Position numbers and translations under genes: made by a program. Below the pieces are notes generated by a model that saw only the letters and a list, made by a program, of their open reading frames with translations, was not told where the DNA came from and made no database searches. From NCBI GenBank assembly GCA_035084275.1, contig CM068746.1, positions 15,934,001 to 15,998,000 of the forward strand: a stretch of DNA of 64,000 nucleotides, in the 5' to 3' direction. Numbering within the stretch: the first letter of the stretch is position 1; each line of letters begins with the position of its first letter. The DNA comes from Hydrolagus colliei. Its lineage: Eukaryota. Shown one piece after another: positions 24,753 to 36,363 of the stretch.

Positions 24753-26114
24753 GTACCGTACTATTGTGCACTGGCATTTTCTGCTCCTGACAGTCATTTG
24801 CTGAATAATAATAATAATGCTTGTAATTAGATGCAACATTTTATTACCTCAAAGCATCTTGAAGTGCTTCCTGGAGTTTTTCTGAATTGGTTATTTATTT
24901 AGAAAAAATGTTATCCCTATAGGGGAAGAAAATGGAAGTTGTTCCAGTAGACTTTGTCAATGTTGCGGATATTCTGTGCCAAGAAAGAAAGTGTTCTAAT
25001 GGCATTAGTAATGTTGCCAAAGGTACTGTTAAGGTGAATCTCAGCAGGTTTATTTAACAAACATATTACTTTGGGTTTAACTTAAATAAATTCTTAATGT
25101 GCTGTGGTAAGTAGTGATCCGGAGAGATTGGTTGCTACCAGGGTAAGGTTTCTGTTTTCCAGATTACACAAATGACAGGAAAAAGAACAGTAACACAATT
25201 CATCTAATTGGACTCCCTTGCTACTTCAGCAATATTCTAATCTAGTCAAAATAATTTTCCTGTGTATTTTTTAAAAATTAGGCATTCATAAATCTCCAAC
25301 TTGGTTTAGTTTCATTCTTTGAAACTGTTTCAATGGATTTATAAAGTAAATTTGGGTCAATTTGTCCACCAAAAAATATTCCACACTAATAGCGATCACT
25401 CTAACTTTTTATACAGACAGTAATATAATTTTAAGCTTTGTGAGAAAAGCCCTTTTCCACCTGTAAAAAGCCATTTCAATTGTCCAGCCTCCTTTAACTC
25501 CACTATAGATTGAACTGATTTCCTACCAAAGGCCTGAGTTGATATTGTTAGCACATCTTTAAAACTTTTTTGGGGGTAGGTTAAACTTGTTTCATAAAAA
25601 ATATTAAATCAGATGTGTTTACAACTCCTTGATAGAAATCATTGGAATTAGGTTCAAAGCATCTGTTTTGTTCATTGCATTGGTGAACTCCACACATACT
25701 CTAGATTATTATTGGCTTCAAAACAACTGCTGTACCATAGCAATTTGTTCTGTGGAGGGTCATGTTGCAATTCAGCTTTTAGAGTTGAATCCCAGATGTG
25801 TGCTATGTGATCTGCAACATCTGCATTAAGCTAGGTAATACAATCTTTAAATGCTGCTCTTTTTTTAAAAAAAATTAATCCAACTGGTAATGATTTCCAA
25901 CAATATGCATCATTAACTCCTGTACTCCTGTAAAACTGTTAACCTAAAATAATTCTCCACTATTGAAGAATATACTTGACCATGGTGTAAAATAAGGTTT
26001 TGCCTTTACACTTTTAAACCTTGACTGGTTTCACGTTGATGTGAATATTCAAGACAAATTATTCTATGCTCAGCATTATTAACAAGGTATCACTTTGTGT
26101 GTCTGTTACCATAG

Positions 26115-26280
26115 GTGAAGCACAATCTGATTAAATCCCAGTTTTCGTGCACATACAAAGAGGATGCTGCAATGACCAGCAATGTTCAGAACTATCGAAG
26201 CCTCAGCCAAGCTTTAACATGTGTGCACCCTGGTCCAAAACATGTTGCGGATATGTACAGTGACAGCACATCTACTAAAG
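26115..26280 (+). CDS. PARPBP: PARPBP coding exon 9
   Basis: ccatag|GTG AAG CAC...AAA G|gtaaa. 166 nt, VKHNLIKSQFSCTYKED..., vs human MKQTLIRSQFACTYKDD. Confidence 0.92.
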
Positions 26281-26481
26281 GTAAAACTATATGGACTTCT
26301 TGGTACAAGTATGTAGTGACAATATTGCAACCTCATTTTCCTCTGGTTAACAGTTAACACTCATACCTTGAAATATAATTAAAAGAAAAGGTAATGGGCA
26401 AGATTTATTTTCTTGTCTTGATACTGATATTGACTGTTTGGATAATAGGTTACAGCATGTTGCTTTTGGTCCGATATTTTA

Positions 26482-26809
26482 TGTGGGCTCCTGCAGCTCA
26501 GTGATTAGAGCACTGGCCTTACAAGCGTGAGATCTGGATTCAAATCCAGGCAGCTCAGGGCGAAACCTTGGGCAAGTTTCCTTACTCCACACACACGCCT
26601 GATAATAATCCCTCCAAAAAAAACAATAATAAAAATTGGTCATTTCAATCCATGACTGTTTGTGGGGCACTGCTGTGCGCAATTGGCTCCTGCGTTTTGC
26701 CCACAAGTGTACAGTCATTTCACTTTACAGTATATTCTGTGAAGTGCTTTAAGCCATCTAGAAGACGTAAAAAGTGCTAAATCAAATGCAAGGATTATTA
26801 TTATTATTA
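26482..26809 (+). mobile_element. tRNA-headed Deu-type SINE
   Basis: Family consensus. Confidence 0.88.
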
Positions 26810-27519
26810 GTTGAATATCTGAGAATGTTCAGGGAACACTCAAAAGGCAAACGTGGGGTTTAGAGTTTGAACATACAAGACCTGAAAAAAACTGTGTGCT
26901 TCATATGTTGGGTAAACAACAAATAGAAAATGCTTACACCACACTACTCTACCTCGTAAGCTTCGCTGGATTTCTTTGCCAAATAGCGATCTAATTCCCC
27001 TTTGCATTTGCTGATGTAATCCACCCACCCTACCTCCTCGTATACTCTCTTTCTCATATTCATCACTCTCTGTGGAAAGTAATTCAATCTGAACTATCTG
27101 TTCAAGATGTCCTTACTATAATGTGATGACCAGAGTTACATGCAATACCCCAGATGGGACTGACCTGTGCTCTATACAAACTCAGTATCACTCCCTGTGA
27201 CTTGTCTTCTATTCCTCCTTGTACACACCCCTAACATGTTGTTCACCTTCTTTACTGTTTCTGTGATCTCTCTACCAATACCCGCCGAATTGTTGTCCTC
27301 TGCAGTGTAGTCTGCCTGCCCTGCTCACGAATGCTGTTTAGATTATATTCCCATTTTATTCACCCAATCTCTATTTTTGCCCACATTAAATGAAATCTGT
27401 TTCTTGCCAGGCCAACCCCTTAATAGTAATGCGGCATTTCATATTACACTTATAACGTTGAAACATCTCATGCTCACAGAAAGTGTATTATTGTCACATA
27501 GATGTTAATATAACATCTA

Positions 27520-27960
27520 TGTGGAGTCCTGTAGCTCAGTGGTGAGAGCACTTGCCTCGCAAGCGAGAGACTTGGGTTCAATTCTAGACAGGGCAAAACC
27601 TTGGGCATGTTTCCTTACTCCACACGCCTGATAATAATCCCTCAAAAAGAACAATAATAAATTGGTAATTTCAATCCACTGTTTGTGGGACACTGCTGTG
27701 CCGAGTTTTGTCCACAAATATACAGTCAATTCACCTTACAGTATATCCTGTAAAGCGCTTTGAGACATCTAGAAGATGTGAAAAATGCTATATCAAATAC
27801 AAGTATTATTATATGTTCCCGCTTGGTGACATCAACCGCAGACATGAGGGCAACTTCCACATGTACGCGGATGACGCCCAACTCTATCTCTCTGCCTCCA
27901 CCTTCGATAACAGGACCACTGCTGTTGGACAACAAGTTCTGGATGAGAGCTGACCAGTTG
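27520..27960 (+). mobile_element. Deu-type SINE (27520-27812) directly followed by a short L2 RT fragment (YADDAQLY)
   Basis: Family consensus; ORF 27708 translation. Confidence 0.85.
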
Positions 27961-28136
27961 GGCTCTGTTTGCCTACATAAATCCAACTAACTTTATTCCA
28001 AAAGGGGCTTTGAAGCATTTTGATACTGTAAGATGCTCTATCAAATGCAAGTATTTTCCATTAGAATTTCACCAGTGTTAAACTACAAAACTTACTATCT
28101 CCCCTTTCTATCCACCTGATCTCCCTATCATATTAG

Positions 28137-28492
28137 ATGAATGTGAACCTGGAACAGCTTCTGCAGCTCACTCACCAGGCAGTAAAGAATGTGCATTGAA
28201 CAAACCTGGACTTGGGATGAAGGCTGGGAACACTCATCATAAGCAAACTATGAATCTGAAAGGCAGCAGGAAAGTGACTAAGAGGAAACTGGTAGAGGTG
28301 AACTCGCTTTCGGAATGCAACGGTGAGAATGAGCCACGGCAGAAGTCTGTTAAAATGACTGACGTGAAGTGCATCCTATCGAAGAGTAAAATAGGCATGA
28401 AAATGCCAGTATCATCAAAGGGAGGCAAAAATGCAGCCAAGAATAAGTTAATTCCTGGACAAGGAAAGTTGACACATTTTTTTAGAATGTAA
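28137..28492 (+). CDS. PARPBP: PARPBP last coding exon with C-terminal PIP box (QGKLTHFF, 28460-28483)
   Basis: tattag|AT GAA TGT... in frame with ORF 28196; ends KLIPGQGKLTHFFRM*, vs human KLISGQAKLTQFFRL*. Total CDS 1782 nt = 593 aa. Confidence 0.93.
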
Positions 28493-28661
28493 AATTTTCA
28501 GGATTTGTTTTGTTTACTTTAAAAGACTGATGGGTATCATTTTTAAATGTTGGCTTTATTATAACTTGATATGATCCATTGTGAAAAATTTGTTTCAATT
28601 GAAATTGTGTGAATAACATTTCCTTCCAACAGTTGAATCAGAAATGCAGAATTTGTAACCC

Positions 28662-28667
28662 TTTATT
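28662..28667 (-). terminator. Candidate PMCH polyadenylation signal (second candidate 28555-28560)
   Basis: TTTATT on + strand = AATAAA on - strand, ~235 nt downstream of the PMCH stop. Confidence 0.6.
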
Positions 28668-28742
28668 AATATAATGGTTCCATTGATCACTCAGTAACCA
28701 AATGCAGTTTCACATCAGGACTTTGGCTTTTGAAGTATGAAC

Positions 28743-28748
28743 AATAAA
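28743..28748 (+). terminator. Candidate PARPBP polyadenylation signal
   Basis: First AATAAA after the PARPBP stop codon. Confidence 0.55.
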
Positions 28749-28900
28749 GTAAATTGACATTTAAGCATGCATTTTTCACTACTATGCTTTAAGTATACAT
28801 TTTCCACCACCATTCGATACTACGAGAATATCTTTTTCTAAATGTAGATCACTGACAAAGTTCCCAACAATATTCTGTATCTTCCCAGCAGCCTTCAGAA

Positions 28901-28944
28901 TTACCAGCATGGCCTATATACTCTTCCCAGCATACATCTGAGCA
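28901..28944 (-). CDS. PMCH: PMCH exon 3, encoding the MCH ring
   Basis: cccacag|TG CTC AGA TGT ATG CTG GGA AGA GTA TAT AGG CCA TGC TGG TAA = (M)LRCMLGRVYRPCW*. Confidence 0.97.
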
Positions 28945-30263
28945 CTGTGGGACAAAATAGAAAAGATGCGTTAATTTAGATAAATAATCAAATTGTCATC
29001 CTTGCATTTGATGGAGTGCAGCAGGAGGACTGCATTCCAGTGGCAGCCTCGACTATGAGTTCAAAGTCCCAGTGTGAGGCTTAAACCCACAGCCTTCTGA
29101 CTCAAAGGTGAGAGAGCTAACAAATTGAGTTTGAGGCAAATTGTCACGTTGTTCAATGCAATTGAGTTTTATACAACAGCATCACGCAACCTTTGTGTTT
29201 CTGGATGTTTATGAAAATATGGTTACAAGGTCATGGGCCAATTGTGTACTTTGAGTTCTTGAGCAACTCTGGACAGATCATAAACTGGATTATCCGGTGT
29301 TTAGGGATGTGCAGGTAGGTCGAGAATGAGAGAATAGAGAATTTTAGGCAATTAAATCAACAGTCATGCAATGACAATTTCAAAGAATATGGTAATCCTA
29401 TTAGCTGTATAATAATCCTTGCATTTAAACAGAATGTGGTAATCCTGCTAGCTGTATAAAGAAAATTTGCCTCTAAATGACAAAAAGAAATACTTTGGTT
29501 ATGCATCAACGGCAGGAAGGTACACAATGTATTATCCAGACAGCCACAGTAAATAAATTCAATAATTGGCAGGCAAAATCATCAGATGGCTTCTCTTTTT
29601 ACGCAGTACAGACCAATCCACTACTGCATGTCATAATTCTAAATTTTGGATACTTTGCATGAGAAAATATGTGGCCATATTGCATCCAGCAGGATTGTGA
29701 TATTAATCTTATATTGGCACTATCCCTACATTATTGGCCGGGTCCTGGAAGCCATTGAGTCTGTTCTATTGAATTATGGCAGATCTTTTAATCCCATTTC
29801 CAAACTTTGTTTTCCTCCAGATCACTTGATAATCATACTGCCCGAGTATCTCCATCTTTTAAACATCTCAATTCATTTTGCATTCACGGACTTCAGGGGT
29901 AATGAATACCTAATTTTCGAAACCCTGTGTTTGTGGAGGGGGGGGGGATAAAAAAAATCTTGAGTTCTTTATTGTAGGTAGATTGTCTGTTGAACTGCCA
30001 CACAGAAATGGAGCAATTCCAACACACCCCCTTGAAGAAAAGGGCAAAGATTTATCTAAAAGTGTGGCGTTAATCTTGCATGGGGGAAGAACACTCTTGT
30101 GGCAAAAGTTAAAGCCCAGAATAAGTAAATTAATAAATAAAATAATTAATAAATTGATGCAATTTGAACAATTTTTCTTGTTGCAGCACACTCTTCAGTC
30201 ACTCCACATCACTACCCGACTGGTATTTCTGATTGACTGGTCAACAAAATGCAAAGTACTTAC

Positions 30264-30510
30264 TGTCAAAATTTCTTCTGCTTACAGGAAATTTGCTTAT
30301 ACGTTCCATATCACCAGAACCTCTCCGAGTTTCTGTTGTCTCAGTCTGCTGTAGATTGTCAGATAATTCCGATTTGCTCGAGCCTTTGATTGCAAAATAA
30401 GGTGGTTGTTTCACTGTGGCTTTCAACGGTAGAGCGGATTTGAGCAGACTTTGGTTGGCAGAGCTAAGATGATCCTGAATGGTTTTCCAGTCTAACTTGT
30501 AACCCAAATC
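30264..30510 (-). CDS. PMCH: PMCH exon 2 (NGE-like, NEI-like peptides and start of MCH)
   Basis: tgttaag|GAT TTG...TTT GAC A|gtaag. 247 nt, ...PYFAIK-GSSKSELSDNLQQTETTET-RR-GSGDMERISKFPVS-RR-NFD. Confidence 0.95.
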
Positions 30511-31735
30511 CTTAACAGAAAAGAAGAATGGATGCATAAAGCAGTAGGTCTTATTAATGCAGTGTCACTGAAAGGGTTTCACCACTAATTGAGGTAGGTT
30601 TTACTGATGAACTTAACATGTTGGTATTTCAGCAGAAGGAGATTTGTGGAAGAACCTTTACCAAACCATTGTGACAACAGAGTTGCTGCTCCCCCACCGT
30701 CCCCTCCACCAGAATTAATTGAATGGCTGTTGTCTACTTGTTGGCAAGCAGAGTGATGCAAGTCGATTTACAAGTCTGCCTTTTAGCTAGGGAATAGTAA
30801 GCGAAACGAGAAGACTGAAACAAACATAGGGATGCAAAACAATTATTTAACCTTTCAGAAAGATGGATGAATCTTTCAATTATTTCTCTGTTTGGGCTAA
30901 TGTGCTGCTTTTGGTTGTTGTTGCCCTTTTATTGGACAACATTTAATCACTTGCCTTGAAAATGTTTCTTGATCGTGGGATTTAAAACAAAACGATATTT
31001 GCTATTTAATATTCTATATAAGACACTATCCTTGAGTCCAAATTCAATAATAATAATCCTTGTATTTGCTATAGCACTTCATGTCTTCTAGACGTCTCAA
31101 ACGCTTCATAGAATATACTGTAAAGTGAATTGACTGTATATTTGAAATTAATTAAAAATGTTGGTGCATGAATAATATATTTTTTTAAAAACACCCCAAC
31201 TACTCCAGCGTGTTTCTGTTCATCATTTTCTTTTAATAAAAAGTCAGTCAGGGCAATGTTTGGAGCATTACAAATGGCTTCAGTATTCTGGGTGGGAGAG
31301 AGGAAAAATAGCCAACATTCACACTCCTGATCATCCAATGTTTTTTTTAAGAGAGAATGGCTGTGTCAACATTGGATGAGAATAGAATCGAGGTTGGCTG
31401 CAATGTTCCTCATAGTAGAATGGCCATTCGAAGCTCGCACATCAAGAGTGGCATTTTGGCTGAGGAACAGGATATGACTGTAAGCATTAATGAAATTACA
31501 CTACAGCATGAGAAACTGCCTCAGGAGAGCTGGGCATATTTTTTTTCTCTGACCGAATTATTATTTATCAAGGTCTAGCACGCGATGATTCAGGAGTTGG
31601 AATTGGTACTAGCCACTCTGAATCATAAACAACGACTCACTCCAGTAGCATTCTGTCATGACAACCTGCAAGAACAACAATCCAACATTGCCCAGAAGCA
31701 GATTTTGTGATGTACATTAAGGAAGTTAACAATAC

Positions 31736-32081
31736 TAATGATGATCCTTGCATTCGATACAGTGCTTTTCACGTTTTCTAGATGTCTCAAAGCGCTTCAT
31801 AGAATATACTGTAAAGTGAATTGACTGCATATCTGTGGGTGAAATGTGGCAGCCAAGTGGCGCACACTGTGTCCCACAAACAGTCTTCGACAAACAGTCC
31901 TTGGCTACTGTGTGGAGGGACAAACAGTCAAGCAGTCGGTGGATTGAAGTGACCAATATTTTTGGGGGAGGGATTATTATTAGGTGTGTGGAGTAAAGAA
32001 ACTTGCCCAGAGTTTCACCCTGACTGGAATTTAACTCAGTTCTCTCGCTTGCAAGACGAATGCTCTAACCATTGAGCTACA
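31736..32081 (-). mobile_element. tRNA-headed Deu-type SINE in PMCH intron 1
   Basis: Reverse complement of the family consensus with a ~50-bp internal insertion flanked by repeated acaaacagtc. Confidence 0.85.
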
Positions 32082-32263
32082 GCAGATAGCTTTGTGATGA
32101 CACTTCACTAAGTCACTCTAACTGACTCAAATAGAGAATCACTGTATGTAATGTCCAGATTTTCTTTTTGACATTTTACCAACTTCTTTTGATTAAATAT
32201 TTTGAAGTTTACATTTCATTACAAATGACAACATGAAAGTGACAGGATCAAAAGACAACTTAC

Positions 32264-32485
32264 CGTCATGACAAAGACTTCTGGGTTTATTTTGTCATCC
32301 AACAGTGGGTAATACTTGAATAACAGTGAAGGCATTGCACTTACTGGTAGGTCAACCTTCACCGGGTTAAAATCATTTTGTGGCACCTTGTTTTCTTGCA
32401 ACCATTCCACAGATTTTGCAGAAGCAGATAGCTTTGTGATGACCAAAACCGAGAAGAAGAGAACAGTGTACGCTGACACAGCCAT
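32264..32485 (-). CDS. PMCH: PMCH exon 1 (signal peptide)
   Basis: aaaATGG at 32485; 74 codons MAVSAYTVLFFSVLVITKLSASAKS...VFVMT|gtaag. Total precursor 170 aa. Confidence 0.92.
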
Positions 32486-32584
32486 TTTCACACTGGCTGC
32501 AAGTTCTCCTGAGAGCAGGTTTGCACAGAAACCAATGATGATCAGGAGATGCTTTCGTTTAAGTTACATGCCAGTAGCAATGCC

Positions 32585-32679
32585 TTTATATACTTCAGCA
32601 CAATGGAATAACTTCCTGGTGAGTCTACTTGCAAGGCTTATACCAGTTGTGACTTGAAATGAATGTATAGTCTGACTCA
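32585..32679 (-). promoter_or_regulatory. PMCH core promoter: TATATAAA (32585-32592) and AP-1-like TGA(C/G)TCA (32673-32679)
   Basis: TATA box 100 nt upstream of the ATG; motifs read directly. Confidence 0.7.
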
Positions 32680-34815
32680 TCATATCAATCGGTATTGCCT
32701 GATCCGCATGTTAATTAATGTTTTAAGGGGGTTTAATTCCATGATGAATCTCCTAATACTGTATTAGGAACAGCATGTCTAATGTATTTTTATCTGCATA
32801 ATGAAATGAATAATACATCTTAGATGTCAAAATGATGGATGGTTACTTCATCTGAAGAATAGTACATTAATGGATCTGATTTAAGAAGGTAAGCTTCAAA
32901 ACTATTCTCTGCATTTTGTAGTAGATGTGCTGAATAGGGAACGGAAATTATATTTTTGTTACAAAAAAACCAAGAGGAGATGAAAGGAATCTTTTACAAC
33001 AAAGAATTGCTAATCTCTGCTTAATGTGTGCCTGATGAGTATATCTGTTCTTACCAAAGATGATTTTGCATAACGTTGACTGAGACATAAATTAGAAAAA
33101 AAAATATTTCCTCAAAAATGTAATACAGTACTCGGTAGCTAGTATTTGAATTGTAATTTGTTGGATATTTAAAAATGTTGATACTAATCAATTTAGATTT
33201 AACTGATGTAATCATTTTCTTACATGCAAATTGTTTTTAGAGGCCATTATATTTTGGGATGATTCAAAGTTTATGTCCGCAACTCACTGATCGGAATTAA
33301 CTTCTTGGAGTATCAAAATGTTATTTGTTCAGTTTGTGGATTGTGAGTGCAAATTGGTCATCACTTTCCATTATTTTTTGTGATACCTTTTAAGTTGGCT
33401 TTCTGAAGTGAAAGGCGTTGTATCAAATGTAAGGATTATTATTATTAGGTAGGCCATGCTTCCATTTATTATTCATCAATGGATTCTCTAAAACAGTGGT
33501 GATGGGCTTTTTCTTCAACCAGCTGCAGCCTTAAGTTTTTCTGCAGTGATTTTCTTAGTGACTTTCCGGGCCAGCGGGAAGCCAGAATCAATCAGGATGT
33601 ACAGGGCTGAGGTTGCATATAGACCAGACGAGGTAAGCATGACATTTATATTGCAAGTAATTTAGGGATGATGGTGAATTTCAGAAAATGTTTTGGCAGA
33701 ATAAAACTATTTAGTATTATCAATTCCCAATGTTCTGTCACCAAGGACAGATTAGATACAAGTGATTATGGTGAATAAAATATTTCTGATGGGCTGAGAA
33801 ATGCTGGAAATGAAGCAATGAGAATCATTTTCAGGAAAGACGATAATGATTTTCTAGCAGCTTGTCCCACGCCAACCTGTCTGGCTGCTGAAATACGTAA
33901 TCGAAATGGGATCATCGAAGGCAAAGCATGCTGAATAGCTTGTCCATTGCTTGAAAGGAATGTTGCATTCATTTGCAGATGTGGATGAATTTAGTGACTG
34001 TCAAGAAGGATAGCGATGACACTCTTCCAGCCTTTGATTTCAGCCAGGGCAAACTTTGATTTTAGATCCACAAATTCAAAACATCAAGTGGGTAAGGAAA
34101 ATACCAACTTCAGAACCGAGTCTTTAAAGGTAACAAAGCAAAATAGCTGTCAGTCTCCAAATGGAACAGTTGAAGTAAATCTAAAAAGACAATAAAGATT
34201 ATTACATATGCCCAAGCATGTGGCTTCTGTCTGAACATATACACATTGTGCTTGGACTTAAGCCGTGATATAAATGTTATTTTTCCTTTAAACGTCTTCA
34301 ACCGATCCCTCCACACAGTAGCCAAGGTTGACAGGAGGAAAATCTATTTTCCATGAGGCCACACCAACTCGAGCAGTTCTGCACTATCTGCACTAATAGT
34401 GCAGAACTATTAGTGGCTAGTTCTCCTATATATAAGCTTGTGAAACAATCTAAAATGTGTAACAACATTTTTTTTGTTCCCTGTGTGAACTCTTTATATA
34501 GTAATAATCCCTACATTTTATGTAACGCCCTACCATGTAATTGAGACATCTCAAAGCTCTTCACAGAATATACTGTAAAGTGGATTGACTGTATAGCTTG
34601 TGGATGAAACACAGCAGCAATTGTGCACAGATCAATGTAAATTCTAACCTCTTCGAACTTGCATATGGTTACCTCCCGCTTCTCCGATGCTTCGTGTCAC
34701 CCCACCCCCTCCACCATCGCTGTGCAGTACTCCAAGACAAAGATGCAAATTTTTGTTGAGAAATAAGTAATAATAACCCTTGCATTTGATATAGTGCTTT
34801 TTACATCTTCTCGAC

Positions 34816-36363
34816 CAGTGGTCCTCAACCTTTTTCAGTAATGTACCCCTTGTTAATTTTCAACATTATTTTTTCAATATTTTTTCATAATTTTTCAACG
34901 ATGTAACAGAATGGGTGGACGATGGTAGTGCAGTTGATGTAGTTTACATGGACTTTCAAAAGGCATTTGACAAAGTGCCGCATGAGAGGCTTATTAGGAA
35001 AATAGAGGCCCACAGCGTTAAGTGGACAGTGGTAGCGTGGATCCACAACTGGCTGCGAGACAGAAAGCAGAGAGTTGTGCCGAGCGGCTGCTTTTCAGAC
35101 TGGAGGGAAGTGTGCAGTGGCGACCCCCAGGGATCAGTTTTGGGACCACTGCTCTTTTTAATATACATTAATGATTTGGATTTAAGTTTAGGGAGTACGG
35201 TTTCCAAATTTGCAGATGATACTAAGTTAGGAAGAATAGTAAATAGTGAGGAGGATAGTAGACATATGCAAGAGGATATAGATAAAATGGTAAAGTGGCA
35301 GACACATGGCAGATGAAGTTTAATACAGAGAAGTGTGAGGTGATACAGTTTGGGAGAAGAAATGAGGGGAGGCAATGTAGGCTAGATAGTACAATTTAAA
35401 ATTTTACAATTTTGTGTGAAGGAACAGAGAGACCTGGGGATTTGTGTTAGTGACTCTTTGAAAGTGGCAGGACAGGTAGACAAAGCTGTTAAGAAGGCAT
35501 ATGGGATACTAGGCTTTATAAATACGGGTATAGAATACAAAGGTCAGGAAGTGCTGATTAACTTCTATAAGACTTTGGTTAGGCCTCAGCTGGAGTACTG
35601 TGTCCAATTCTGGTCACCACACTTTAGGAAGGATGCAGAGGAGATTTACTAGGATGGTACCAGGAATGAGGGACTTCAGCTACAAGGAAAGGCTAGATAG
35701 GCTAGGATTATTCTCTCTAGAACAAAGAAGATTGAGAGGAGACCTGATAGACGTTTATAAGATTATGAGAGGTTTTGACAGGGTGAATAGGGAAAGACTG
35801 TTTCCACTAGTGGGTGAATCAGTGACGCGTGGTCACAGATTTAAAATAGTTTCAAAACGAAGCAGAGGGGAGCTGAGGAGAAATGTTTTCACTCAACGGG
35901 TTGTTCGAATTTGGAATGCATTGCCTGAAAAGGTGGTGGAGACAGATTCCATAACAGCTTTTAAAAGGGAACTAGATCTTTATTTAGGAAGAGCAGGTCT
36001 GTTAGGTTATGGGGAGAAAGCTGGGCAGTGGGATTGAGTTGCTCTGATCAAAGAGCCGGCACAGACTAGATGGGCCGAATGGCCTCCTTTTGTGCCATAT
36101 AATTCTATGATTATCGTGTGCTCCCATCCAACCACATACACACACACACCACCCACCTCATTCCACTTGCATTTTATGACCAAGCTTTTCTTATATAACA
36201 AAACAACTAGTACAAAACGAGGGGAATAACAATTAAATATACAATTTGTAAGGCGACAAAATGCTAAATAAGAGCCAAATAAATCAATGTACCACCACCT
36301 GTACCCACTCGAAGTAATTTTGTACCCCCTGATACAACATGTACTCCTGGTTGAGAACCGCTG
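34816..36363. mobile_element. hAT-Charlie-type MITE carrying a CR1 insertion
   Basis: TIRs CAGTGGTCCTCAACC / GGTTGAGAACCGCTG; 8-bp TSD ttctcgac / ttctagat, matching the NTCTAGAN-type target. Confidence 0.85.
34890..36112 (+). mobile_element. CR1 LINE, 5'-truncated RT and 3' UTR
   Basis: VDVVYMDFQKAFDKVPH, PQGSVLGPLLFLIYINDL, KFADDTKL, LVRPQLEYCVQFWSP, LEQRRLRGDLI; ends aattctatgatt. Confidence 0.95.

Noticed and set aside
28460-28492. PARPBP PIP box as a CRL4-Cdt2 PIP degron
   Set aside because: It has TH rather than TD, and the protein ends two residues after the box, so the +4 basic residue cannot exist.
32489-32491. ORF-track start of PMCH (MKM...)
   Set aside because: That codon is GTG; the ATG at 32485 has a good Kozak context (aaaATGG).
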